IMG/VR virus record: IMGVR_UViG_3300037400_003300
Coordinates: 16,273 to 80,272 of that record
Source: a virus
Lineage: Duplodnaviria; Heunggongvirae; Uroviricota; Caudoviricetes
DNA: 64,000 nucleotides
Direction: 5' to 3' (one strand)
Under the pieces are notes generated by a model. It saw only the letters and a list, made by a program, of their open reading frames with translations, did no database searches and was not told the DNA's origin. Both the position numbers and the translations under genes were made by a program. How positions within the stretch are numbered: the first letter of the stretch is position 1; each line of letters starts with the position of its first letter. Positions 9,245 through 18,077 of this stretch are shown one piece after another.

Positions 9245-9546
9245 TAGTGATTTTGGTAAAATGCGTACAAAAAGCGGATATGGGTAAAATTACGGCAATT
9301 TTTGTGCATAATACCAAATAAAATATTAATTTGCGATAACCATATTACAATAAAACAACTATAAATCGAATTGTCAAAACATTTAAACCGCATATCTGTG
9401 GGATAAATTAATCATGAACAAAAAGAGGGTGGCAATTTTTGTAAATTGTGCATAAAAAGCGGAAATTTATATTGTAATTCATAATTTTTTATGATAAATT
9501 TGTAATTAAGTGCACAAAAAGAGTAATTTAAGTAATAAGGGAATTA

Positions 9547-10767
9547 ATGAAAAAAAGTAACAACGATTGGCTAATTAAAGTTTATTTTACGAAAAGCAAT
9601 AATCTAATCACATCAAAAAGCCGAATGACAATTATCGGAAGGAAGGTATTAGATGCTGCGATTATGAATGTCCGGGAGACATATGATGAGTATGGGAATC
9701 CTATAATAAAAGCAGACATCGATGGACAGGAACTAAAGAAATTCATTGGAAGAGATTATAACTCAATATATGACACAGTAAAAAGCCTGATTAAACCTAA
9801 ATCACAGAAAGGGGCCGATGCATTAAAACCATCTCTTCTTGATTGGAAAGTCATTATAGCCGATGACGATAGACAACAGATCATTGGAATAAATGTTATC
9901 ACATTAGCGAAGTATACTAATGGAAAATTATCTATAGTTTTTAATAACGCTTTAAAGCAAAATCTTATTGGGCTAAAGAAGAATTATACTATGCTCAATA
10001 GGGATATAATCTCCAAATTTTCAAGTAATTATTCATATCAGCTCTACCAGATTTTCAAAAAGACAATTGATAAAGAATTAAGCAGATTAAAAGAAGATGG
10101 GATTGATAATGGCAATCATCCATTTGAGCTTATTTTTGACATAATTGATCTTAAAGTTCAGCTTGGAGTAATAGAAGCAAGCGAAAACGACATTTTATAT
10201 AAAGCAATAATGAATAATAATGTCTGCACCTATGAAGAGGTTATCAGGATTGATGACGATGAACTTGTAGAAAGACTTACAGAAAGTAGGAACTTCAGAA
10301 GATATGCTGTAGAAAAAGCAAAAAAAGAGATAAATGAAATCTCTGACATAAAGATGGATTATAAGCCGATATACGGAGGCAAAGGCGGAAAGACGGTAGG
10401 CTTTAAATTTTTCATTCAGTATAAAGAAATTGAAAAGGAAAAAGAAGAAAAAGAGCCTGACGAAGTAGATATATTTGAATTTATTGATAAGGTCCGGGAG
10501 ATAATAAAAGAGCCTGTTTTAAGCAGTAAAGAGATAAAGAGTATATCGGATGCAGCTGGGTATGACCTTGATAAGATTAAAAAAGCTTATAACGTATATC
10601 AGCAACAAGACAATGTAAGAAATGTTCCTGGATTTATCATAGATGCGATTAAAAATGATTATAAGGAACTTCCAGGAAAGAAAAAATCACCTGCTCATTT
10701 TGGCATGGAAAGGGAATATACACCGGAATTTTTTAGCGAACTTGAAAAAAGACTTGTAGAAAATTAA
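9547..10767 (+). CDS. rep: iteron-type plasmid replication initiator (Rep_3/RepA-like)
   Basis: N-terminus NNLITSKSRMTIIGRKVLDAAIMNV resembles the Rep_3 N-terminal pattern; sits next to the iterons. Confidence 0.6.
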   Translation: MKKSNNDWLIKVYFTKSNNLITSKSRMTIIGRKVLDAAIMNVRETYDEYGNPIIKADIDGQELKKFIGRDYNSIYDTVKSLIKPKSQKGADALKPSLLDWKVIIADDDRQQIIGINVITLAKYTNGKLSIVFNNALKQNLIGLKKNYTMLNRDIISKFSSNYSYQLYQIFKKTIDKELSRLKEDGIDNGNHPFELIFDIIDLKVQLGVIEASENDILYKAIMNNNVCTYEEVIRIDDDELVERLTESRNFRRYAVEKAKKEINEISDIKMDYKPIYGGKGGKTVGFKFFIQYKEIEKEKEEKEPDEVDIFEFIDKVREIIKEPVLSSKEIKSISDAAGYDLDKIKKAYNVYQQQDNVRNVPGFIIDAIKNDYKELPGKKKSPAHFGMEREYTPEFFSELEKRLVEN

Positions 10768-10778
10768 GGAGTAATGCC

Positions 10779-11114
10779 ATGGAAGTATGCGAAGAAATGC
10801 AGAAATTGCGTGATTGGCTTGATGAGAATGGCATTAATTGGGAGGACAATTCAGAAGATTTACGTAGGCATATGCTAAACGATTTTGCACCCGAATATGA
10901 AATGTGGGTTGTAAGAACTCAGTTTAAAATAAAAAATGACTTCATCTCCGTAATCAACGGGCATGGTACTTATGGTGGATATGGAATAATAAGCGAAGAA
11001 AACCAAGGGCTTTTAGAAGTGATGGGATTGTGGAATGGTATCCGAGGGTGGATGACATGCGAAGAAATAACTGAGAAAATCACGGCGAAATATTTTAAGA
11101 CATCGGAGGAATGA
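10779..11114 (+). CDS. hypothetical protein
   Basis: ORF track. Confidence 0.4.
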   Translation: MEVCEEMQKLRDWLDENGINWEDNSEDLRRHMLNDFAPEYEMWVVRTQFKIKNDFISVINGHGTYGGYGIISEENQGLLEVMGLWNGIRGWMTCEEITEKITAKYFKTSEE

Positions 11115-11115
11115 C

Positions 11116-11664
11116 ATGATTAGCTTAGATTATGTAAAAGAACATATCAGTGAGATTGAATTTGATAACTGGCTTCATCAGTGCAGATTTACAAAGAGGT
11201 TTGTTGACTTTTTACCGACAAGTGAGTGGAAAAAGTTTGGATTTGAGTATCAAGGAAAAGAAGAACATATACCTAAAGAGTGGACAGAGGAAAATGTTAT
11301 TACCCAGCTTAAGTATGACCTTGATTTTGCGATTGAGAAAGCGCTTGGTCAAAGGGGAATGTCAGCAAGCCTTATGAATGATGTTTTAAGGTCATGGTGC
11401 ATAGTCCTTGAGAATGGGCTTGAAAATATAGATTACGGATGGTATGGAGATAGTCTTATCAAAGCAATCGATGAATACTATGATTTTGGGTTATACGAAG
11501 AAACAAAAGAAGGGTTTATTGAAAGCAGATTGCAATGTTTCAAAGATTCAATCTTTAAAATATTGCAAATGGATGGATATAAGATCAAAGTCGATGAAGA
11601 TGTCATGACTGTTGAGCTTGGTGATATCTGCACAGCAAAGATACAGATAACTAAAGGGGATTAA
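11116..11664 (+). CDS. hypothetical protein
   Basis: ORF track. Confidence 0.45.
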   Translation: MISLDYVKEHISEIEFDNWLHQCRFTKRFVDFLPTSEWKKFGFEYQGKEEHIPKEWTEENVITQLKYDLDFAIEKALGQRGMSASLMNDVLRSWCIVLENGLENIDYGWYGDSLIKAIDEYYDFGLYEETKEGFIESRLQCFKDSIFKILQMDGYKIKVDEDVMTVELGDICTAKIQITKGD

Positions 11665-11667
11665 GGC

Positions 11668-12198
11668 ATGGATGATATTATCTTTATGATGGCAAAAGAA
11701 TATTGTGGTGGAAATATTGGCGCTTTATCTTTCTTCTGTGAAGGATTAAAATTTGACACCATGAAAGCAAATGAAGGCTTTGCCAGAATGTATGAAAATG
11801 GGATAACTAATGAAAAACTCTATATGCTCTGGAATGATTGTTGTGATAGGGATACTAAAAGAGCAGTATATATAATGCTTCATGATAATATCGATAGTAT
11901 TCATAAGCATATCAATTATGGTAATGGCAGGGGAATACCGTATACAGAAGCCGAACCTGAACCATATAAGAGAGAAAAAGATGGAGAGTGGTATATATTC
12001 ACTTTCCTAAATGACGGAAAGAAAAATAGTGGGAAATGTGTCAAGATAAAAGGCACTTATGGCGAAGCAAGAGAAAAGATGGTTGATAAATATGGAACTC
12101 ATTTTGCTTTTCAATATCCGGAAGAAGAATGGGAAACAAATTGGAATAACCCGGATAGATTTTATCGAATGGAAGATATTATAGAAATAATAGATTGA
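11668..12198 (+). CDS. hypothetical protein
   Basis: ORF track. Confidence 0.45.
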   Translation: MDDIIFMMAKEYCGGNIGALSFFCEGLKFDTMKANEGFARMYENGITNEKLYMLWNDCCDRDTKRAVYIMLHDNIDSIHKHINYGNGRGIPYTEAEPEPYKREKDGEWYIFTFLNDGKKNSGKCVKIKGTYGEAREKMVDKYGTHFAFQYPEEEWETNWNNPDRFYRMEDIIEIID

Positions 12199-12211
12199 GG
12201 GGGATATTAAA

Positions 12212-12766
12212 ATGGCTTTTATAAAGGCAGTCACGCCAAGAACATTGCACGAAGTATGTGGCGTATATCATGGCAACTGGAATAAAGAAATGGATAGATG
12301 TTGGGAAGATTACGAAAGAGGATACTCGGTGTGTTCAAGAATGATATACACTAAGCAATTTGGCAATGTAGAACATGTTACCATAACAAGACAGCATTCC
12401 GAAGGAAGCCCACTTATTCCAACAGGCGGTGAAATGGCTATTGGTTGGAAAGAAAAAATGATGATCAAGAACGAACTTTTCGGAGAGGACCGCTTTGCAA
12501 TCGAAGTATATCCCAAGCAGGAAAATCTAATCGATGATTCAGACGTGTATCATCTATGGGTATTTAACAAGAAATATGATATGCCTTTTGGAATCCACCC
12601 AAGAGAGCATAAAAAGGCTATCAATCGTGGAGATGCGAAGCTGACAATGGATGAATTTAAAGCCTTAGAAACAGAGATAGAAAAACATAAGCCAAAGGAT
12701 TCAGAGAAAATTGATAATGCTGTCTTGGGGATGTTAGAAATGTTTAGTGGGGAAAATAATGACTGA
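12212..12766 (+). CDS. hypothetical protein
   Basis: ORF track. Confidence 0.45.
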   Translation: MAFIKAVTPRTLHEVCGVYHGNWNKEMDRCWEDYERGYSVCSRMIYTKQFGNVEHVTITRQHSEGSPLIPTGGEMAIGWKEKMMIKNELFGEDRFAIEVYPKQENLIDDSDVYHLWVFNKKYDMPFGIHPREHKKAINRGDAKLTMDEFKALETEIEKHKPKDSEKIDNAVLGMLEMFSGENND

Positions 12767-12922
12767 GAATGAGATAATTTTGCTTGCACTACTGAAATTA
12801 AAAAGAAAAGAAATGGCAATTCTAATTGAACAGCATATTCAGCAAAATGGTTTTCTTAGTGACGAAGCAGGGAAAGAACTTCGGAAGATTCTAATGGGAG
12901 AGCAAGGGCATGGTAAAGATTG
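12761..12922 (+). CDS. small protein (paralog of 14937..15254)
   Basis: hand-translated; shares QxNGFLSxEAGxxLxKxL with ORF 14937. Confidence 0.35.
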
Positions 12923-13082
12923 ATAGTTTCAAAACAGCAAAAGCATATTTGCTGGATATGAGAATTAGGTTTGATAAGACTATGGCACCAGAGATGAAGG
13001 CTGCAATGGAATATACATTCAAAGCGCTAGATGCACAGATCGTTTTGGAAAGTGCGGGTGATAATGATGTCAAGAATTTGTG
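12909..13082 (+). CDS. small protein (paralog of 14198..14358)
   Basis: shares YLxxMRIxFxKTMxP motif. Confidence 0.35.
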
Positions 13083-13246
13083 ATGATACTTGCCCAAACT
13101 GTCTTTATATCTGTGAAGGTGATTTTTTATGTAGCTTAGCAAATGAACTTGTCATTGTTGAATGGACACCTGTGTATGGGGAATGCATCAAAAATAGAAG
13201 AAGCCTATTAAACGACAAGAAAAAGAAAAAAGGGAATACAAAATGA
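13031..13246 (+). CDS. hypothetical Cys-rich protein
   Basis: CDDTCPNCLYICEGDFLC. Confidence 0.3.
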   Translation: MHRSFWKVRVIMMSRICDDTCPNCLYICEGDFLCSLANELVIVEWTPVYGECIKNRRSLLNDKKKKKGNTK

Positions 13247-13584
13247 GAGATGAAAAAGAATATCTTGATAAAGTTTTGTGGGATGACGATCCAGCTCTTT
13301 TACATAGAGGATTAAAGGCAGGGATGATAATTTTCCCAAAAGGACAGAAAGCCAGTGTTGTAGTAGGAAGAAATGAACATGGGATGGAACATGTGAGCAT
13401 AGAGATGTTTGTTGACCGCCTTCCTAAGTGGAATGAGATGTGTTTTATTAAAGATATTTTTTGGGATGAAGAGGAAAAGGTCGTGCAGATACATCCTAAA
13501 AAGAGTGAGTATGTCAATATGACGGAAGCCCTGCATCTATGGAGACCTATTGATGGTGATTTTTCAAGATTAAACAACGGCTAA
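13243..13584 (+). CDS. hypothetical protein
   Basis: ORF track. Confidence 0.45.
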   Translation: MRDEKEYLDKVLWDDDPALLHRGLKAGMIIFPKGQKASVVVGRNEHGMEHVSIEMFVDRLPKWNEMCFIKDIFWDEEEKVVQIHPKKSEYVNMTEALHLWRPIDGDFSRLNNG

Positions 13585-13604
13585 TTCTGAAAAGAGGGAT
13601 ACAT

Positions 13605-14030
13605 ATGTTTCTATTAGACGAAGAGGATATATGTTCAAAGGAAGAACAGAAACAAGAGGCTCTTTACCGAATGAATAAGCTAAACATTCTTCCGGATGTC
13701 ATTGATACATTTGAAAAGAGCAGCGAGATTAAATGTTCAGATTATGGAAAGATCATTGCAGTCCCCAAGAATATCCTTAAAGATATAAGACGATGGGAAG
13801 CTGACTACGGATGTCTTGCATATCATGTGGTACATAGTAAATTATATGGATTCGAGATATACAATGCGCTTTCTGTATCAAATTATATGGAAGATTGGGT
13901 TTACGAAAGAAGATTGATAGATAGTTATTGTTCAATGGCTTATACGATAAATGTAACCAAGCCGGATTATTCCGAATCCGGTTCAATACAACTATATAAC
14001 TATAATGGGGTATTGGAGAGGATAAACTGA
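13605..14030 (+). CDS. hypothetical protein
   Basis: ORF track. Confidence 0.45.
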   Translation: MFLLDEEDICSKEEQKQEALYRMNKLNILPDVIDTFEKSSEIKCSDYGKIIAVPKNILKDIRRWEADYGCLAYHVVHSKLYGFEIYNALSVSNYMEDWVYERRLIDSYCSMAYTINVTKPDYSESGSIQLYNYNGVLERIN

Positions 14031-14031
14031 T

Positions 14032-14220
14032 ATGAGCGCAAAAGAATACCGAGAAGCATTTAATCATATGACAGATGAAGAACATGAACTTATGTGGGAT
14101 TTATTTATGAGCGGTGAAAACCATGATTGCCATACTTGGGTGACTTTTGGAAATGTTGAAAGAGTTGTAGGCAAAATCATCTTAGGGAGAGTGGAGAATG
14201 AGCGACGAGATGGGGTATAA
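14032..14220 (+). CDS. hypothetical protein
   Basis: ORF track. Confidence 0.35.
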   Translation: MSAKEYREAFNHMTDEEHELMWDLFMSGENHDCHTWVTFGNVERVVGKIILGRVENERRDGV

Positions 14221-14358
14221 AGAAGCAAGAGAGTATCTTCAGAACATGAGAATTTTTTTTGCTAAGACAATGGAACCTAGATTGACACAGGCACTTTTGC
14301 GTGCAGATGAAGCGCTGATAGAGAAAATCGCAGAAATAGAGGGGGCAGAACATGAGCG
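14198..14358 (+). CDS. small protein (paralog of 12909..13082)
   Basis: hand-translated MSDEMGYKEAREYLQNMRIFFAKTMEP... Confidence 0.3.
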
Positions 14359-14705
14359 AATTTGACGAGCTTTTAAAAAAAATAGCACTTGCAACTTTTT
14401 TTGATAAACTTAGTAATATAACGCCTGGGTTAATAGAATATAAAATTGATACACAAGGAGTAGTAGAAGCTCATACAGAAGGTAGATCCATTGAATTAGA
14501 TTTCTTAACCGCAATAATTATTAGGGATAGAATTAAAAAAGTAGCTAAGGATCTTGGCGAAAAATATATAGATACATATTTCGATCTTATGAAAGAAATC
14601 ATTCCTTTAATTGATAAGTTTGAAGAGAAAATAATTGAGCCAGATAAGTCGGACATAGATTCAATTAAAAAGTTTAATGATTTATTTAAGGATCTAGGCT
14701 TATAG
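14352..14705 (+). CDS. hypothetical protein
   Basis: ORF track. Confidence 0.4.
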   Translation: MSEFDELLKKIALATFFDKLSNITPGLIEYKIDTQGVVEAHTEGRSIELDFLTAIIIRDRIKKVAKDLGEKYIDTYFDLMKEIIPLIDKFEEKIIEPDKSDIDSIKKFNDLFKDLGL

Positions 14706-14716
14706 ATTGGAGAAAG

Positions 14717-14950
14717 ATGGAAAAAAGATTAGTTGATTATATCAATAGTACAGATAATTCAATAATATTTGCAGAGATGACAAAAGAGCTTAATCCGGTA
14801 AGTGGATTTTGTGGCCGCAGCGATGAACTTGTTGCACTTAATATAGCGATAACTATAAAACTAATAAGAGGCTGTGATATTGAATTAAATGAATATTTTG
14901 AATTTTTAAAACAAGCATACGAGAAAGGATTTCTGGATGCTGAATCTTAA
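14717..14950 (+). CDS. hypothetical protein
   Basis: ORF track. Confidence 0.4.
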   Translation: MEKRLVDYINSTDNSIIFAEMTKELNPVSGFCGRSDELVALNIAITIKLIRGCDIELNEYFEFLKQAYEKGFLDAES

Positions 14951-15254
14951 TGAAACAATTCTTGTTGAAATAGTAAGAGTAAATACAAAAGAAGTAGCTG
15001 CATTATATCTTCAGGATTATATTCAGAGCAATGGCTTTTTAAGTAATGAAGCTGGGGATATAATCAAAAAGCTATTAAAAGAAAAAGATGATAAACCTAA
15101 GCCTGATGTAAAACCAAATATAGAACAGATGATAAAAGAAATAGAGGAACTTCCTGATACCATTTATAGCGGCAGCATAATGGATGTAACAGGTGTTTCC
15201 TGTAAAAATATGAAGGATAAAGTCATTGAAATCATTAGAAAATACTCCAAATAA
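14937..15254 (+). CDS. hypothetical protein (paralog of 12761)
   Basis: QSNGFLSNEAG motif. Confidence 0.4.
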   Translation: MLNLNETILVEIVRVNTKEVAALYLQDYIQSNGFLSNEAGDIIKKLLKEKDDKPKPDVKPNIEQMIKEIEELPDTIYSGSIMDVTGVSCKNMKDKVIEIIRKYSK

Positions 15255-15576
15255 TCAAATAGGACAACGTATCAAGTATTTGTTAATCCATAATAGAATG
15301 AACCAAAGGGACCTTGCAGATAAAGCAGGCATTACGTATACATCTTTATCTAGGTATATTAACGGCGAGCGCACTCCGAACAGTAAAATCTTGGCAAAGA
15401 TTGCTACTGCGCTTAACATAGATGCAAACTTTTTACTTGGAATAAATAAAGACATAGAAGATCCGGAGAAAGATTTTTATAAGGCCCAAAGATTAACGGC
15501 AAGAAGTGCTGATAAATGGACTAAGAAACAGAAAGCAGAATTAATCCTTGCGATAATGGGAGTTAATAATGATTAA
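15226..15576 (+). CDS. XRE-family helix-turn-helix transcriptional regulator
   Basis: IGQRIKYLLIHNRMNQRDLADKAGITYTSLSRYINGERTP HTH_3 pattern; stop overlaps tnpB-like start. Confidence 0.6.
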   Translation: MKSLENTPNNQIGQRIKYLLIHNRMNQRDLADKAGITYTSLSRYINGERTPNSKILAKIATALNIDANFLLGINKDIEDPEKDFYKAQRLTARSADKWTKKQKAELILAIMGVNND

Positions 15577-16735
15577 ATCAATCAAAGTAATGCTACTTCC
15601 TAATAATTTTCAAAAAACAAGGTTTCATCAACACGCGGGAGCAGCAAGATTTCTTTATAACTGGGCACTTGCAAAAGAAGAAGAGAATTACGAAGCAGGC
15701 GGAAAGTTTATTTCTTATTATGAACTTGCAAAAGAGCTTACAGAGATTAAGAAAACAGATGAATATGCATGGCTAAATGATATATCTGCTTGTACTTGTC
15801 AGGCTGCGATTAAAGATGCTTGTGACGCTTATAATAATTTCTTTAAAAAACGAGCCAGGCATCCAAAATTCAAATCAAAGAATAAATCGGCCCCTAGTTT
15901 TGCACAAACAGATCAGGCTATAGAGTTTACTTCTACACATGTTAGACTTAGCAGTTTATCTAAAAGTCTTAAAAGGAATAGAAAAAAACTAAACTGGGTA
16001 AGGCTTGCCGAACATGGCAAGATACCAATAAATGTAAAGCATAGCAATCCAAGGATAACTTTTGATGGCATAAATTGGTGGATTAGTGTAGGAATAGACT
16101 ATCCGGAAAATGATGTTAAATTATCTGAGGAGGGATTAGGTGTTGATCTGGGAATAAGGAACCTTGCTGTATGTTCTGATGATAACATTTATCCTAACAT
16201 CAATAAGACCAAGGCGATCAAAGATTTAGAGAAAAGAAAACGAAGATTGCAACGAAGTATATCCAGGAAATATGAGATGAACAAAAAGGGGGATGAATTT
16301 GTTAAGACAAAAAATATAATAAAAGATGAGAAAAAGTTATTAAAGATGCATCAAAGGTTGAGTAATATCAGGAAAAATTATCTGCATCATACATCCAAAG
16401 AGATTGTCGGAAAGAATCCTAAATTTATTTGCATTGATGATCTTAATATTCAAAGCATGATGAAAAACAAGTATCTTGCAAAAGCTTTTCAAGAACAGTC
16501 TCTTTACGAATTTAGCAGGCAGCTTGAATATAAGAGCAATTTTAAAGGAATTAAATTTATACGAGCAGATAGGGACTATCCATCATCAAAGAAATGTAGC
16601 ATTTGTGGAAGGATAAAGAAGAATTTAAAGCCTTATCAAAAGTTATATAAGTGTGAATGTGGAAATGTAATTGATATTCATAAGCAAGCTGCATTAAATC
16701 TTAAATCTTATGGTGAAGATATTATTGCAGAATAA
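15569..16735 (+). CDS. tnpB: TnpB-like (IS200/IS605 OrfB family) RuvC-fold protein; Cas12/TldR-like candidate
   Basis: OrfB N-terminus; RuvC-I GVDLGIRNLAV (D193); RuvC-II ICIDDLNIQSM (D290 in place of the canonical E); zinc finger CSICG...CECG; RuvC-III region DIHKQAALNL (H371 in place of D). No tnpA nearby. Confidence 0.8.
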   Translation: MIKSIKVMLLPNNFQKTRFHQHAGAARFLYNWALAKEEENYEAGGKFISYYELAKELTEIKKTDEYAWLNDISACTCQAAIKDACDAYNNFFKKRARHPKFKSKNKSAPSFAQTDQAIEFTSTHVRLSSLSKSLKRNRKKLNWVRLAEHGKIPINVKHSNPRITFDGINWWISVGIDYPENDVKLSEEGLGVDLGIRNLAVCSDDNIYPNINKTKAIKDLEKRKRRLQRSISRKYEMNKKGDEFVKTKNIIKDEKKLLKMHQRLSNIRKNYLHHTSKEIVGKNPKFICIDDLNIQSMMKNKYLAKAFQEQSLYEFSRQLEYKSNFKGIKFIRADRDYPSSKKCSICGRIKKNLKPYQKLYKCECGNVIDIHKQAALNLKSYGEDIIAE

Positions 16736-16910
16736 TAATATTGTACCGGAAGCTGGTCCGGGAATTTACGCCTACGGAGTGTACTTGAACTTGTTAGTAG
16801 ACAGCACCACCGTCGAAAGCATACACGATGAAGTAGGAATGGAACATATAAGTATATCTTATTATAAGTTTTCAGCCGGGAGTAATCCCTTGCATCTTAA
16901 TAATTTGACC
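16736..16910 (+). other. leader / possible scaffold-RNA region between the tnpB-like gene and the array
   Basis: non-coding; CCGGAAGCTGGTCCGG and CAGCCGGGAGTAATCCC hairpin potential. Confidence 0.3.
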
Positions 16911-17338
16911 TTTTAGAAGTATGTAATTTTGCATAGATGTAAAGCCTGGCACTAAAGAAAGACATAGAGGTATGTCTTTTAGAAGTATGTAATTTTGCAT
17001 AGGTGTAAAGCACAGCTTTCAGACATATCTTTATAGCCAAAACTTTTAGAAGTATGTAATTTTGCATAGATGTAAAGCTAGACATGCTGAGATAGTTTGC
17101 TGTGATTACTTTTAGAAGTATGCAATTTTGCATAGGTGCAAAGCTACTGTGATGAAGACTACGTTGCTTTTAACTAGAAGTATGTAATTTTGCATAGGTG
17201 TAAAGCACCATCTTTCCATCAGCATATCCATCGCCTCTTTTAGAAGTATTCAATTTTGCATAGGTGTAAAGCTGATTTCATAAAAAAGACATATGAGGAT
17301 TTCTTTTAGAAGTATGCTTTTCCATGTAGATGCAAAGC
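16911..17338 (+). CRISPR. CRISPR-like array: 7 repeats of 35 nt (TTTTAGAAGTATGTAATTTTGCATAGGTGTAAAGC) with 6 spacers of 23-32 nt
   Basis: repeats at ~16911, 16977, 17044, 17110, 17168, 17238, 17304; internal hairpin UAUGUAA-UU-UUGCAUA with a compensatory C/G change in repeats 4/6; period ~66 nt. Confidence 0.55.
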
Positions 17339-17835
17339 GGGCCACATCGCATCACGATTTAAAGATATGCAATATTACATAGATGCAAAGCTGGCAGTAT
17401 CTTATAAGAAGCTATTTAAACTTCTAAAGGTATCTAAATTTGCATGGATGCAAAGCGTTTACGATATTGGAAGGGAATTAGTTTGCATTGATGCAAAGCA
17501 GCAAATAATTCTGATGTAAAGCCTACGTTCTCATGACAAGAGAAATCAATTATTACTTCTAAATAATTGCAAAGCAAATATGGTTATATTTTTAATGCAA
17601 AGCAAATGTATTTATGTTTTTGATGCAAAGCCAGATCGTTTTTTGGGTTGATAATATTTTTAGAAGCTTGACAAACCATACACCAAACTCATTAAAGCAA
17701 GCTTCTTTAAATTTATCAAGATGCAAAGCGACGGATAGATACATTGATATGAAAGGTCAATAGCAAAGTGAAGAATGTGTTTGAAGAAGAAGCAAAGCGG
17801 GCGCGAGATGATTTTCTAAAGGTGTAAAGCTAAGG
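17339..17835 (+). repeat. degenerate distal repeat relics of the array
   Basis: more than 10 units ending ...GATGCAAAGC / GTAAAGC with decaying similarity. Confidence 0.5.
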
Positions 17836-17867
17836 ATGTTCATAAGCGGTAGAAAGAGGGAAGCAAA

Positions 17868-18077
17868 ATGAGTCCAGAAGTAACTAGAATAGTTTTATGT
17901 ATGCTTAGTATAAATGTTATGATTTTATCGTATTTAACACTAAAAATAACCATACAGCAGCGGCACACACTCTTATTGATTGAAGATATTATAAAAGATA
18001 TGAAAAATAATAAATACAGTGAAACACTTGCAGATATAAAAAATTATACCGGAGGAAAAAGAAGTGAAAACAAATGA
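17868..18077 (+). CDS. small membrane protein
   Basis: hydrophobic N-terminus. Confidence 0.35.
   Translation: MSPEVTRIVLCMLSINVMILSYLTLKITIQQRHTLLLIEDIIKDMKNNKYSETLADIKNYTGGKRSENK

Noticed and set aside
9048-9393. Two 89-aa minus-strand ORFs in the iteron region
   Set aside because: They overlap the tandem iterons, have no RBS and are low complexity. The region is better explained as origin DNA.
16897-17133. 78-aa minus-strand ORF (MQNCILLKV...)
   Set aside because: Lies entirely within the repeat array and its peptide sequence simply re-reads the repeats. It is an artefact of periodic DNA.
16911-17338. Interpretation as a canonical adaptive CRISPR-Cas locus
   Set aside because: There are no cas1/cas2/cas4 or other cas genes in the window, the spacers share an internal motif, and the only adjacent protein is TnpB-like. 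It is reported as CRISPR-like rather than as a standard CRISPR-Cas system.
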